From IMG/VR virus record IMGVR_UViG_3300035534_000060: a DNA stretch of 61,473 nt. One strand, given 5' to 3'. This document shows, piece by piece, positions 25,612 to 36,247 of the stretch (its first letter is position 1; every line of letters starts with the position of its first letter). A model generated the notes under the pieces. That model was not told where the DNA came from and ran no database searches. It saw only the letters and a list, made by a program, of their open reading frames with translations. The position numbers and the translations under genes are program-made. Source of the stretch: a virus.

Positions 25612-26514
25612 ATGACTTACGATGGTTCAACAAAGAAAGTTGTAGAGTTTGTCGAAGAATCAAGTTTTGGTACTATTCCAGCCGACCCAACTTTCGAAAA
25701 TTTTGGTGCATATATAAACAATGCATCGGTAAAGAAAACTATGGTTCCGGTCAAGATTCCATATCTAAAGGATGATAGTGAGGCTGATAGATTACAATCT
25801 ACAAAAACTCAGAAAGTATCTGAAGCATTTGCTTCTACTATAACTATGAATCCTACAGATTGGTCAATTCTGCCATATATTCTTTGTGCCCCAGATTCTA
25901 CTACCTATGAAATAGGTGACAACATTTTTGATCTTGGATTAGGCATCATTGTTGATGACCAATATGAACTACTTGGTGGGGGATGTTGGAATAAATATGA
26001 ATGCACAATTGCTTCAGAATCAGTGGCAGAAGCAACACTAGAAGGAATGTATGCTAAATCTACGGGTATTAGTGGAACTGATTATGTAACAGGGACAGGT
26101 ACACATGCATCTACTCCATCAGGTGATGCTATCAAATTCGGCGATCTTTCAAGTGTGCAGTATGATTCTGCTGATACTACTACCAATGGTATAACAATTG
26201 ATAGTATAACATTTGGTGTTGAATATTCAACTAATCCAGTAAAGGATGTAGGTTCTTCACTTGAAAGTAATACTGCTGCTTGGTCATTTGGACAGCGTAA
26301 CATTAGTCTATCACTTAATATGACTCTAGATGATATGACTGTTGCTCCAGATATTCTCGATGGTGCAGGACATGACTTTGAATTTGCTGTAGGTGGAAAG
26401 ACTCTTGCATTCTCTAACATCTTTTGGGAAGGAGATTGGGATGAAGCACTTGACCCAGATGACCTTATAGCAATGCCGCTCAGTGCCACAAATGTGGATT
26501 TGACTATAACATAA
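25612..26514 (+). CDS. Putative major tail protein
   Basis: 300-aa ORF directly upstream of chaperone-like gene; positional. Confidence 0.3.
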   Translation: MTYDGSTKKVVEFVEESSFGTIPADPTFENFGAYINNASVKKTMVPVKIPYLKDDSEADRLQSTKTQKVSEAFASTITMNPTDWSILPYILCAPDSTTYEIGDNIFDLGLGIIVDDQYELLGGGCWNKYECTIASESVAEATLEGMYAKSTGISGTDYVTGTGTHASTPSGDAIKFGDLSSVQYDSADTTTNGITIDSITFGVEYSTNPVKDVGSSLESNTAAWSFGQRNISLSLNMTLDDMTVAPDILDGAGHDFEFAVGGKTLAFSNIFWEGDWDEALDPDDLIAMPLSATNVDLTIT

Positions 26515-26534
26515 AAAATTAATGGAGGATAATT

Positions 26535-26954
26535 ATGAAACCAATGAATATAAATGGATTCGAAATAACTTTTACCGAAAGACCTAAACATAAATCTGTG
26601 GTTGCAGCAAAAGGAATCATGACTACAGAACTTCTTAATATGATGGATTTGTCAGAAGTCGACCCAACCAAAGGTATATCCGATTTCCTAAAAGATAAAA
26701 TATCTGAAGACCCAGACATGATTGTCAAACTATCAAATCTTAAATCGGATTTGTCTATTGATCAGACAATTATTCTAGCTACAGGATTAGAATATAGTAC
26801 ACTTCAGGAAATTAAAGAAGATATGTATGCGGATGAATTTATTGATCTCTTTGAAAAATCCAAAGAATCTCTAGGAGGAAAAACGGCTGAAGATTTTTTC
26901 GCTATCTATCCTACAAGTATGACCTCAAAGGAAGAGGGGCTTCTGGGACTTTAA
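26535..26954 (+). CDS. Tail assembly chaperone (G-like)
   Basis: Acidic 139-aa ORF with downstream -1 frame extension and slippery heptamer. Confidence 0.5.
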   Translation: MKPMNINGFEITFTERPKHKSVVAAKGIMTTELLNMMDLSEVDPTKGISDFLKDKISEDPDMIVKLSNLKSDLSIDQTIILATGLEYSTLQEIKEDMYADEFIDLFEKSKESLGGKTAEDFFAIYPTSMTSKEEGLLGL

Positions 26955-27190
26955 GTGACAATGATGGACTGACAATAAGCAATTTATGCCCTTCAGCAAA
27001 GGATTTTGTAAAAAGTATAAATTTAGCAATCGGTGGCAAACAGGTTACAGATAGTCGAATTGGCGAATATACTTTTTGCAAAAATCAAAAAATATCTAAG
27101 CCAGAGATGGATAGAATGGATGAAGAAGATGTATTAGCGTTTAGTTGGGTCATGCGAAGAGAGTCGAAGTATAATAATAATGATGGGTGA
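26891..27190 (+). other. -1 frame extension (T-like) of the tail assembly chaperone; slippery heptamer TTTTTTC at 26894-26900
   Basis: -1 frame is open for 100 codons without a plausible start; T TTT TTC fits X XXY YYZ in the zero frame. Confidence 0.45.
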
Positions 27191-28089
27191 ATAAAATGGG
27201 TATGTTTATAGGAGATGTATGGATTCCATATGTCTCTAATTTTAATGTTGATAATGGTGATCGCAAAGTAGAGATAGTTAGACATATTGACCATACAGTG
27301 CCTCCACATTTTGCAGAATTTCCCAACCCGATAACTTCGGCTGAAATTTCAGGCACAGTCATCAGAACATCTAATTCTCCAAAATCTGCTAATGATTACG
27401 CAGACGATATTGAATCTTTAACAGGCAAAGAATCTGCTTTCAATTATATTCATAATTATCAAAATAATAGCGGATGGCTTTCTATAACAAGAGTATCTGT
27501 TCCAAATGATGCAGATATGCCTTTATCAAGAGATTATTCTATTTCTGGATATTTTTTATCAAATAAAAAATATAAGCCAAGACTTACTACCAGTGCCAGT
27601 GTTATGACTAATGATTATAGTATAACTTTAGGTATAGATGGTGCTGATAATTATATCCCACTACCAATTGGCGCATCTTATAGTACATCCCTTACAACTA
27701 TTTCACGTTCTGCTTTAGATGGCACTATGACACTTGTTAAAAGTAATGATAATAGTGCAGTAGAATTTGATATAGATAGTGTAGAAAGTGATGTAGGTGA
27801 ATGCAAGATTTATGATACTATGACCCAAGGGGAAACAGATGAAACTTTGTGGGAACGTGTGTATAATACTACACACTCGTTTGATGGTGATGTTGTAATA
27901 GAAAACGGTATAATAAGAGCAAAATTTATTGAAAATTCAAATTATCCTGAATTTTCTTATTGGAATAATGATATTTCTGATTGGGTTACAATATCCAAAA
28001 ATTATAATATCTCTACATATGTGGGATGGGATTTTGATAATGTGTGGATTTCAGGGAATGATGACGAATATCCAAAGTTGCGTAATTAA
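27187..28089 (+). CDS. Tail or fibre-associated protein with C-terminal WDFDNVW...YPKL motif
   Basis: GTG start; C-terminal motif shared with 28355..31219 and the continuation at 37781. Confidence 0.45.
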   Translation: MNKMGMFIGDVWIPYVSNFNVDNGDRKVEIVRHIDHTVPPHFAEFPNPITSAEISGTVIRTSNSPKSANDYADDIESLTGKESAFNYIHNYQNNSGWLSITRVSVPNDADMPLSRDYSISGYFLSNKKYKPRLTTSASVMTNDYSITLGIDGADNYIPLPIGASYSTSLTTISRSALDGTMTLVKSNDNSAVEFDIDSVESDVGECKIYDTMTQGETDETLWERVYNTTHSFDGDVVIENGIIRAKFIENSNYPEFSYWNNDISDWVTISKNYNISTYVGWDFDNVWISGNDDEYPKLRN

Positions 28090-28100
28090 ATGGTGATAAT

Positions 28101-28355
28101 ATGACAATTGAAGACGAAATTTATGAGATTGATAATAACCCTACCAAAGTAGTGAATGATAAAATTGATGAATTAATTTTAGCATGTTCAAAAATTCCTA
28201 ATAGTGCTCCTAAAAAATCTGGTAATAAAACTATGTATCAGCATTTACAAGACATGAAAAGGCATCTTGAGACTGACCCTACTGATTGGCTTGCAGACGA
28301 GAAAGCAAGGTTAGAACAGGCATTGATTGATAGAGATAATGAGGTGCTTGTATAA
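28101..28355 (+). CDS. Hypothetical protein
   Basis: 84-aa ORF. Confidence 0.4.
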   Translation: MTIEDEIYEIDNNPTKVVNDKIDELILACSKIPNSAPKKSGNKTMYQHLQDMKRHLETDPTDWLADEKARLEQALIDRDNEVLV

Positions 28356-31219
28356 TGGTAGCAATTGAGATAAGTACATTAGCAGAACTTGATGCAGTTC
28401 GGAATGACCTTACTGCTGATTATGTGCTTGTGAATGATATAGATGCTTCTGATACAAGTACATGGAATAGTGGTGCAGGATTTGAGCCGATGGGCAATTT
28501 CACAGGAACATTCGATGGAAACGGACACACAATCTCAAATCTTTATATTAATAGATCAATAGAAAACTCATCTGGGTTATTTAGAGTAGTAGAAGGAACA
28601 CTATCAAACACACAAATAATCGGTGCAAATATTACTCGTGGAAAGTATGTCGGGATTCTTGCAGGTACAGTAAGAAGTGGTGGACAGGTATATCAATGTT
28701 CATCATCTGGAACTATCGGTGGCAGTCGTATTGGTGGTTTGATAGGCTATGTTTTGAATGGTTCAATTGTACGTAATTGTTCATCGAGTGCTACTGTTAT
28801 AGGAACTGGTGATTATGTAGGTGGACTTATTGGTTGGTTAGACTATCCCAATACAATTCTTGAAAATTGTTATTCAGTTGGCGAAGTATCACATACAGGT
28901 ACACCCGATTTTATAGGTGGATTAATAGGTCATACTCGTGATAACCCAATTATTATAAATTCCTACTATGATACAGAAACCTCTGGACAATCTGATACGG
29001 GTAAAGGAGAACCACGTACAACAGCAGAAATGCAGACTCAGGAAACCTTTGCTGATTGGGATTTTGATACAGTTTGGACAATGGATGGTTATCCAGCACT
29101 AAGAGTATTCTATCCAGATTTGGAGACAGATGACGAAGGTGTAATAGAGATAGGTACATTGTCTGAACTCAATGCAATCAGATATGATTTGACTGCAAGT
29201 TACAAACTTACTGCCGACATTGACGCAAGTATAACACAGGAATGGAATCTGTATGCAATGGTAGACAAAGTCAATGATGCTACCGAATGGGATTCAGGCA
29301 CAAAGACAAATACCATAGTTAATGCAGAAGATAACTTGACATTAGATACAGGACAGACATCAGGTACATGGTTACAGAAATGGAATCTTACAGACATTAG
29401 GGATTTAGCAAACAGTAAAATAAGTTTTGATGCTATCACACCTACAGATACTTCCGTAACTGTTGAAGCAGGATTAGGTGACGAAACAACCGAACCAGCA
29501 AGTTATACAGCCGTTACTTCCGGTGACAGTATTCCCGGAACTGCCGTTAATGACGACTTGAGTGCAAATTATCTGTACATTAAGGTATCATTGGGTACAA
29601 CTGGTGCAGAGATGCCGGAAGTCATACAGGTATATACAGAAGTATATAGTAACGAATACGCAGGATTTGACCCAATTTATATTTTCACAGGAACATTCGA
29701 TGGAAACGGACACACAATCTCAAATTTGTATATTAATAGACCAACAGAAGACTGGGTTGGGTTATTTAAAAGACTACGTGGAACTCTACAGAACGTAACA
29801 ATGACTGGACTAGATATTACAGCATTATCACGAGTAGGAATGGTGGGGGAAACTATCGCACAAGGATTAATAAAAAATTGTCATGTATCCGGCACAATTA
29901 CTGGATTACAAAGATATTCTGGGTTAATTTCAGGTGCTGTAAATGATAGTATAGTGGAACAATGTAGTAGTACCGGAAGTGTGAGTGGTAATAGTTCGGG
30001 TTTTACTGGTGGCGGATTAATAGGATATATGTTGGATGGTGCTGTTTTAAAAAATTCGCATTCAGATGCAGACGTTACCATGACAGATAGGGCAGGGGGT
30101 GCAGTCGGACTGGTGGAAAGAGTAGATACAACAATTCAAAATTGTTACTCTATAGGTACTGTATCTGCATCAAGTGACGTAGGTGGGTTGGTCGGACGCT
30201 TTGATGGATTAGGAACAATATCAAACTCCTATTATGATACAGAAACCTCTGGACAATCTGATACGGGTAAAGGAGAACCACGTACAACAGCAGAATTGAA
30301 ACAAAGTTACCCTATAAGTAAACCTATTATAGAATCTTTTGATTTAGATAAGATTATAGTAAGAAATAATAATCTATATGATGCTGTGTTGACTATGAAA
30401 CGGGGTAACCCACTTATAAAGAATGATTATTCAGGAGTCAATAATTTATATAGTAGTATTAATAGTCGATTTAAATACATACCTGATAATACTACACCAT
30501 TTATAGATAGCCAAATGGATGGTACAGGAAATATTTCACAAACTTTCGATAATGATAATTATGCTATTTACATCGGTGGTAATGAGACTACAGGCATAAG
30601 GTTATCTGTTTCACCTAAACAATTGACAGTCACATCTAATTTAGATGACAATGTATTATATTCCGAAGATTATAATACTACTGACACAACAGTATTTTCT
30701 GGCGGTATAGCACTCGATAATTCCAACATTTATATTGAATGTGAGGATATGACTACTGCTAATGGTGCATCATTATATTCTGGTAGTGATGCTAGCGGTG
30801 GCAGTGCTGTTAAATTCGATGCGCAGGATGAAATGTGTTACAATTATTTTGGTTTAGGTACTGATTTACCATTGGGTACATATAAATTAGTAGTTAGGGC
30901 TAAACAGGATAGTGCTGTGACTGATGACCTTACTATGAATATTAGGAATAAAACTGAAGCAAGTATTTTTGCTACAGAAAATAAAACTTTATCATTGGGA
31001 TGGGAATATTATATATTTGATGTTACATTTACAGAAGCAGTTGAAGGTGACGTATTAAGCCTTGAACTTCTTAAAAATACTACAACTTCAAATAACATTT
31101 ATGTTGACTATGTGGTGTGGTTACCAATTTCATCTCCAAATAAGAATTTCCCAAAAGATTTGGCACATCAAGCATTAGTCGAATCTAATTCATCCAGAGA
31201 ATTAATTGGGAGATTATAA
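28355..31219 (+). CDS. GLUG-motif repeat protein (putative tail fibre or adhesin) with internal module duplication
   Basis: Repeated GGLIG/GLFG units; two copies of FTGTFDGNGHTISNLYINR and SYYDTETSGQSDTGKGEPRTTAE with long identical nucleotide stretches. Confidence 0.6.
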   Translation: MVAIEISTLAELDAVRNDLTADYVLVNDIDASDTSTWNSGAGFEPMGNFTGTFDGNGHTISNLYINRSIENSSGLFRVVEGTLSNTQIIGANITRGKYVGILAGTVRSGGQVYQCSSSGTIGGSRIGGLIGYVLNGSIVRNCSSSATVIGTGDYVGGLIGWLDYPNTILENCYSVGEVSHTGTPDFIGGLIGHTRDNPIIINSYYDTETSGQSDTGKGEPRTTAEMQTQETFADWDFDTVWTMDGYPALRVFYPDLETDDEGVIEIGTLSELNAIRYDLTASYKLTADIDASITQEWNLYAMVDKVNDATEWDSGTKTNTIVNAEDNLTLDTGQTSGTWLQKWNLTDIRDLANSKISFDAITPTDTSVTVEAGLGDETTEPASYTAVTSGDSIPGTAVNDDLSANYLYIKVSLGTTGAEMPEVIQVYTEVYSNEYAGFDPIYIFTGTFDGNGHTISNLYINRPTEDWVGLFKRLRGTLQNVTMTGLDITALSRVGMVGETIAQGLIKNCHVSGTITGLQRYSGLISGAVNDSIVEQCSSTGSVSGNSSGFTGGGLIGYMLDGAVLKNSHSDADVTMTDRAGGAVGLVERVDTTIQNCYSIGTVSASSDVGGLVGRFDGLGTISNSYYDTETSGQSDTGKGEPRTTAELKQSYPISKPIIESFDLDKIIVRNNNLYDAVLTMKRGNPLIKNDYSGVNNLYSSINSRFKYIPDNTTPFIDSQMDGTGNISQTFDNDNYAIYIGGNETTGIRLSVSPKQLTVTSNLDDNVLYSEDYNTTDTTVFSGGIALDNSNIYIECEDMTTANGASLYSGSDASGGSAVKFDAQDEMCYNYFGLGTDLPLGTYKLVVRAKQDSAVTDDLTMNIRNKTEASIFATENKTLSLGWEYYIFDVTFTEAVEGDVLSLELLKNTTTSNNIYVDYVVWLPISSPNKNFPKDLAHQALVESNSSRELIGRL

Positions 31220-31221
31220 TC

Positions 31222-34092
31222 ATGGTTGGCGAAGATGCAGTAATTAAAATTGGTGCTGATATTAAAAGAGCCATTGCGGGTATAGCAGCAGTTGAGGCTG
31301 GTTTAACTACTTTAAGTGCTAAAGTTATGACAACTGCTGCTGCTGTAAGGCGTGGAAGTATGTTAATGGTGGGTGCATTTGCTACGGTAGGCTCTGCGGC
31401 TGCTGGTGTTGCTACTCTAGGGCTTGCAACATCTATAAAAACATTTCAAGAATATGAGCAAGAGGTAGCCAATGCTGCATCTGTCACAGGGACTATGGGT
31501 CAAGCTTTTGAAGATACCAAAGGTAACATTGTAGAAATTTCAAAAACGCTAGGTGCAACAACTGTATTCTCTGCTCAAGAGGCTGCTAGTGCTCTTTATG
31601 ATGTTGCGTCTATGGGTTATAATGTAACTGATATGGCGGCTGATGACCTTGAACCAATTCTTAATCTCGCTGCTGCCACACAGGAAGATTTGACTCGAAC
31701 AACAGAACATGTAACTGCCTCATTGGGCCAGTTTAGTTTAGAAATGAGTGATAGTTTAAGAGTTGCCAATGTATTTGCCGCAACTATTAGTAATTCTAAA
31801 GCAACTCTTGAAAAGATTGGTCTTTCGATGAAATACACTGGTACTATCGCTGACCAGTTTGGAGAAGATATAGAAACTGTATCTGCTGCTCTTGGTATCA
31901 TGTATAATAATGGTCTTCGTGGAGAACAGGCAGGCCGTTCTCTTCGTATGTCATTGGGTCGTCTCTCTGCCCCTACCAGAAAATCTAGAGATGTTATTGA
32001 GGAAATGGGGCTTACTGTTGGCGATTTAAATCCTGAATTAAATTCGATGACAGAAATTTTCCATAATTTAGCAGATGCCAATATTACAACAACTCAAGCA
32101 ATGGTTCTGTTTGGTAAAGAAGCAGCCCCGGGTATGATGGCAGTATTAAAGAGCATCCCTAAATTTGAAGAACTCGAAGAAAAGATAAGAGATTCTGGCG
32201 GCGCTGCTAAGGATATGGCAGAAAAGCAACTAGATACTTTACATGGTTCTTCAATTCTATTAAAATCTGCTATTGAAAATCTTAAAATTGAAATAGGAGA
32301 AAAATTTGAACCAACTTTAATAGATGTAAATATGTATCTTAGGGATATAGTTTTGACTATCAGTGATAAACTAGACCCTACATTTGCAAAAATGAACAAT
32401 GCATTGAATTATTTAATACCATCATATAAATCTTTAATATCTATCATCGGTAGTTTAAAGGGTATATTTAACGATATATTAGATATACTTCCTGATGGTG
32501 TCTCTTCATTTAGAGGATTTGCTAATAGTATAAATACTGTAACTGATGCTATGGCAGGATTTTTTGGATGGATAGATCAGCATCCAGAATTTACCAAATT
32601 CGTAGCAGTAATAATGTCTGCTGTAACAGCGTTCTCATTTTTAATTGCGGCCATAAATCCCGTTATAATGGCATTGGGTGCTTTATTAATAGCGGGAAAA
32701 TATTTTGAAGATGAGTGGGGTAGTATAAATGATAAGATAATGTCTATAACTGATAAGGTAATGGAACACATTATTGAACAATATCACAATTTAATTCCTA
32801 CTTTATTGGAAATAAGAGATGTTATCAAAGATGAAGTCATACCCTATATGATCGATTTATTTGAACAGGTAAAGCCTGCCATAGGTGATTTGATAAGCAG
32901 TATTGGGCCAGTATTAAATAAAATCAAAAATATAATTTCAGATTTGTATCCAAGTTTTGATAATCTAAAAACTATTATCGGGAGTATAGTTGGTATATTT
33001 ACAGATGTTATAGATGTATTTTCAAGTGGTGAAATAAAATCGCAAGCATTTACAGATGCTATAAATAAAACTACTGAAATAGTAGCAGAGTTTTTAAAAT
33101 TTATAGATGAACATCCAGAAATAACTAAATTCGTTGCAGTAATTGCATCTGCTGCTGCCATATTTACAACCCTTGCACCATTGATAAATCCAGTCACAGT
33201 AGCGATAGGCGCATTAGTGCTTGCAGGTAAATATGTAATGGAAAATTGGGAAGAGATTAACTCTACTATTACACCATTAGTTTCCGAAATAACTGAATTT
33301 TTAATATCCCAATTTGATAAAATAACTGAATGGTGGGATGAGAATGGAACTCTCATTATGGAAGCCGTAACAGTTATTTTTGATCATATGTGGGACAACA
33401 TGCAAAGACTTATAGGCATATTTGAATGGGTATGGCCTTATGCCGAGGAGATTATATCTAGCAGTATAAATATAATACTAGATACAATTAAACTTGCAGC
33501 ACAAATCATCACTGGTGATTGGAAAGGAGCATTTGACACTTTAATAGATATAGGTGAAAATGCTTCAAATATAATGAAACAATCTATTAAAGTGTTTGCT
33601 GATAAAATCATTGAGATATTTGTCCATATCAAAGATAGAATTATAGAAAATCTGACCCAAGCAGCAAATGATGCTAAAGAGTGGGGTGAAAATCTTATAG
33701 ATAATTTCATCGATGGAATTAAATCCAAATACAACGATTTAAAAACTAGTGTTGCTGATGCAGCATCCATTGTGAGTGATTATATAGGTTTCCAAAGCCC
33801 TACTGAAGAAGGCCCGGGTAGATATGTAATGGATTGGGGGCCAAATCTAGTTGAATCATTTGCTGATGGCATATATGACAGTATGGATATGATTAATGGG
33901 GCATTTAAAAATATGTCTGACCCTGCCGTATTAAATAAAGATAAAGGTGGCAATGGTAGTGGTTATACAAGTCAAGATGTCTATAATATCATTGTTAAGG
34001 AAAATGTTGTCAGAGATGATGCAGATATAGATAAAATTATTTCTGGCGTAGAATTCAGTATTGCTAAAAAGAGTAGGGATGTGAGACTTTAA
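31222..34092 (+). CDS. Tail tape measure protein
   Basis: 956 aa; Ala/Gly-rich N-terminus, LRGEQAGRSLR motif, duplicated hydrophobic hairpin segments. Confidence 0.75.
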   Translation: MVGEDAVIKIGADIKRAIAGIAAVEAGLTTLSAKVMTTAAAVRRGSMLMVGAFATVGSAAAGVATLGLATSIKTFQEYEQEVANAASVTGTMGQAFEDTKGNIVEISKTLGATTVFSAQEAASALYDVASMGYNVTDMAADDLEPILNLAAATQEDLTRTTEHVTASLGQFSLEMSDSLRVANVFAATISNSKATLEKIGLSMKYTGTIADQFGEDIETVSAALGIMYNNGLRGEQAGRSLRMSLGRLSAPTRKSRDVIEEMGLTVGDLNPELNSMTEIFHNLADANITTTQAMVLFGKEAAPGMMAVLKSIPKFEELEEKIRDSGGAAKDMAEKQLDTLHGSSILLKSAIENLKIEIGEKFEPTLIDVNMYLRDIVLTISDKLDPTFAKMNNALNYLIPSYKSLISIIGSLKGIFNDILDILPDGVSSFRGFANSINTVTDAMAGFFGWIDQHPEFTKFVAVIMSAVTAFSFLIAAINPVIMALGALLIAGKYFEDEWGSINDKIMSITDKVMEHIIEQYHNLIPTLLEIRDVIKDEVIPYMIDLFEQVKPAIGDLISSIGPVLNKIKNIISDLYPSFDNLKTIIGSIVGIFTDVIDVFSSGEIKSQAFTDAINKTTEIVAEFLKFIDEHPEITKFVAVIASAAAIFTTLAPLINPVTVAIGALVLAGKYVMENWEEINSTITPLVSEITEFLISQFDKITEWWDENGTLIMEAVTVIFDHMWDNMQRLIGIFEWVWPYAEEIISSSINIILDTIKLAAQIITGDWKGAFDTLIDIGENASNIMKQSIKVFADKIIEIFVHIKDRIIENLTQAANDAKEWGENLIDNFIDGIKSKYNDLKTSVADAASIVSDYIGFQSPTEEGPGRYVMDWGPNLVESFADGIYDSMDMINGAFKNMSDPAVLNKDKGGNGSGYTSQDVYNIIVKENVVRDDADIDKIISGVEFSIAKKSRDVRL

Positions 34093-35732
34093 TGCATTAT
34101 CAAGCATATTTGGGCACAGAAAAATTAGGGCTAGTTGATATAACATTCTCAAAAGAATTAAATCAGGTAACACAATTTAATGCTGTGTTTTCTAATACAG
34201 TTCAAAATAGAAATATAATTAGTGATAATATTGACAGTATTCTTTATATTTATAGGAATGATATAAAAATATTTGAAGGAAAAATAAATTATGGTAAAAT
34301 ACGCTATAATATAACCACTATAGAGATAGATGGTTATTCTAAATATATTGAACTTCATTATCAATTTTTTAGCAGAGACCAAGACCAATACGATATAAGA
34401 AGAGTCCAATTCGATAATATTGCTGCTAATACTATTTTAGGATATGTTCTAGATGGTACTAGTTATACTATTGCAGAATGCCCATCCACTCTTATTTCTT
34501 TAAGAGGGGAATATGAAACAAAACTACAATGGATTTCTGCAATAGCAAAGGCATGTAAATATACTGTTAATGAAAAGACATATTCTAATGATTTCTGGAT
34601 TGACATCTCTGATGGTGTTCATATTGCACAACAGAGAGGTAGTGATAAAGGAGTATTGAATTTTACTGAAGAGGTCGAGAGAGAAATAGATTATAGCGAG
34701 ATTCAGAACACTGCATATGGGCTAGGTTATGGTGATGGGATAAATCAAACATCATCCATAAAAACAAATGCAGATAGTGTTACTACTTATGGTGAAAGAG
34801 AAATAGTAGTAATAGATAGAAAGTTTCAGGAACAAACAGCATTAGATGATGAGATGCAAGAATATGCTGATGCTCATGCTGAACCTATCGAAGAAATCCC
34901 ATGCAAAATATCTACATGGGAATGGTATAATCTAGATTTAGAAATTGGTGACAGTGTAACACTTTACAATGAAAACACAGGTATAAATGGTTCTTATAGA
35001 ATTAAAAAATCCACTATTGGAACAATCTACACAACTTTAGATATAACTAATACAATACCTAGGTTATCAACAGAACTTCAAAATATTCGCAGAGATTTAA
35101 AAGTCAATGGTGGTTATATGCAAGGGCAAACAGTGCCCTTGAATTTCTCCAATATGGATAATGTGCAAAATGGCTTCCCATTGAAAATGAATATAGCCAT
35201 ACCCGCAAAAACCAAGGCAATAAATGCTTTCTATATCAGTTTCGATTTAGAAAGATACAGAGCATTTGTTGCTACGACCAGTGGAGAATCTAGCCACAAT
35301 CATAATGTTACTATACCCGGGCATGAACACAATCTGACTATATTTACTCCATGGGATGATACCAATAATGTGTATTTAATGGGGACTACAATTAAAGGAA
35401 GTGGACAATTAGAAGCGTTTGGTGGCGCTGGTGGTACTGCAACGAGTACTAAAGATGAAGATATAGTAGCATCTGCTTCAGGTAGTTTTCACGATCATGA
35501 GGCTGAGTTTGGTATAATGGAGGATTCTGATAATAGTCCTTCCATATCTATTGAAATCGATAGTGTAGATAAAACTGCTGAACTCGGTGGCCCTTGGACA
35601 ACTGATCAATTAGAAATAGATATAACCCCACATATCCAAACAACTGGTAAACATGTTATACAATTATTAAGTGATCAACCTGCAAGGCTTCAGGCTAATG
35701 TTTGGGGTCAAGTATTTATACAATCTGACTAA
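34092..35732 (+). CDS. Tail tip or baseplate protein (putative)
   Basis: 546-aa ORF immediately after tape measure gene; positional. Confidence 0.35.
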   Translation: MHYQAYLGTEKLGLVDITFSKELNQVTQFNAVFSNTVQNRNIISDNIDSILYIYRNDIKIFEGKINYGKIRYNITTIEIDGYSKYIELHYQFFSRDQDQYDIRRVQFDNIAANTILGYVLDGTSYTIAECPSTLISLRGEYETKLQWISAIAKACKYTVNEKTYSNDFWIDISDGVHIAQQRGSDKGVLNFTEEVEREIDYSEIQNTAYGLGYGDGINQTSSIKTNADSVTTYGEREIVVIDRKFQEQTALDDEMQEYADAHAEPIEEIPCKISTWEWYNLDLEIGDSVTLYNENTGINGSYRIKKSTIGTIYTTLDITNTIPRLSTELQNIRRDLKVNGGYMQGQTVPLNFSNMDNVQNGFPLKMNIAIPAKTKAINAFYISFDLERYRAFVATTSGESSHNHNVTIPGHEHNLTIFTPWDDTNNVYLMGTTIKGSGQLEAFGGAGGTATSTKDEDIVASASGSFHDHEAEFGIMEDSDNSPSISIEIDSVDKTAELGGPWTTDQLEIDITPHIQTTGKHVIQLLSDQPARLQANVWGQVFIQSD

Positions 35733-35752
35733 TATATGAGGTAGGTGATTAA

Positions 35753-36244
35753 ATGACGGATATAGTATTTCCAGATGGTTCAACATTACAAGATATATAT
35801 GATGCTATAAATAGCGGTAGTGGCGGTGTCACTGTTTGTACTTCTACTACTAAACCTACATCACCGTCAGAAGGTGATCTAATTTATGTCACAGATAATG
35901 CGGCAGGTAAAGAACTTGAACATTATGATGGGTCATCATGGCAAACAGTAAATGACAAAACGATCACCACGACGCTCGACATGGATGGGTATGACATTGA
36001 CAATATCGACATAGCAATGTTTGGTACAGGTGCTACCTACGGTAAGATTACTTGGAGTGATACAGACGAAAGGTTCCACGTCCTCGAACACCTCGACGGT
36101 GGTGCAGATAATCCATATTGGGGCGACATCGAAGTCAATAAGATATATTTCGGTCACGACAACTGTAGCATAGATAAGGACACCAACAACAACTTGGTGC
36201 TGACTGTTCCGACCGATGGATCGATCATTCTCAGGACGGTGTGA
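35753..36244 (+). CDS. Hypothetical tail protein
   Basis: 163-aa ORF; same frame as the next two ORFs. Confidence 0.4.
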   Translation: MTDIVFPDGSTLQDIYDAINSGSGGVTVCTSTTKPTSPSEGDLIYVTDNAAGKELEHYDGSSWQTVNDKTITTTLDMDGYDIDNIDIAMFGTGATYGKITWSDTDERFHVLEHLDGGADNPYWGDIEVNKIYFGHDNCSIDKDTNNNLVLTVPTDGSIILRTV

Positions 36245-36247
36245 TCG

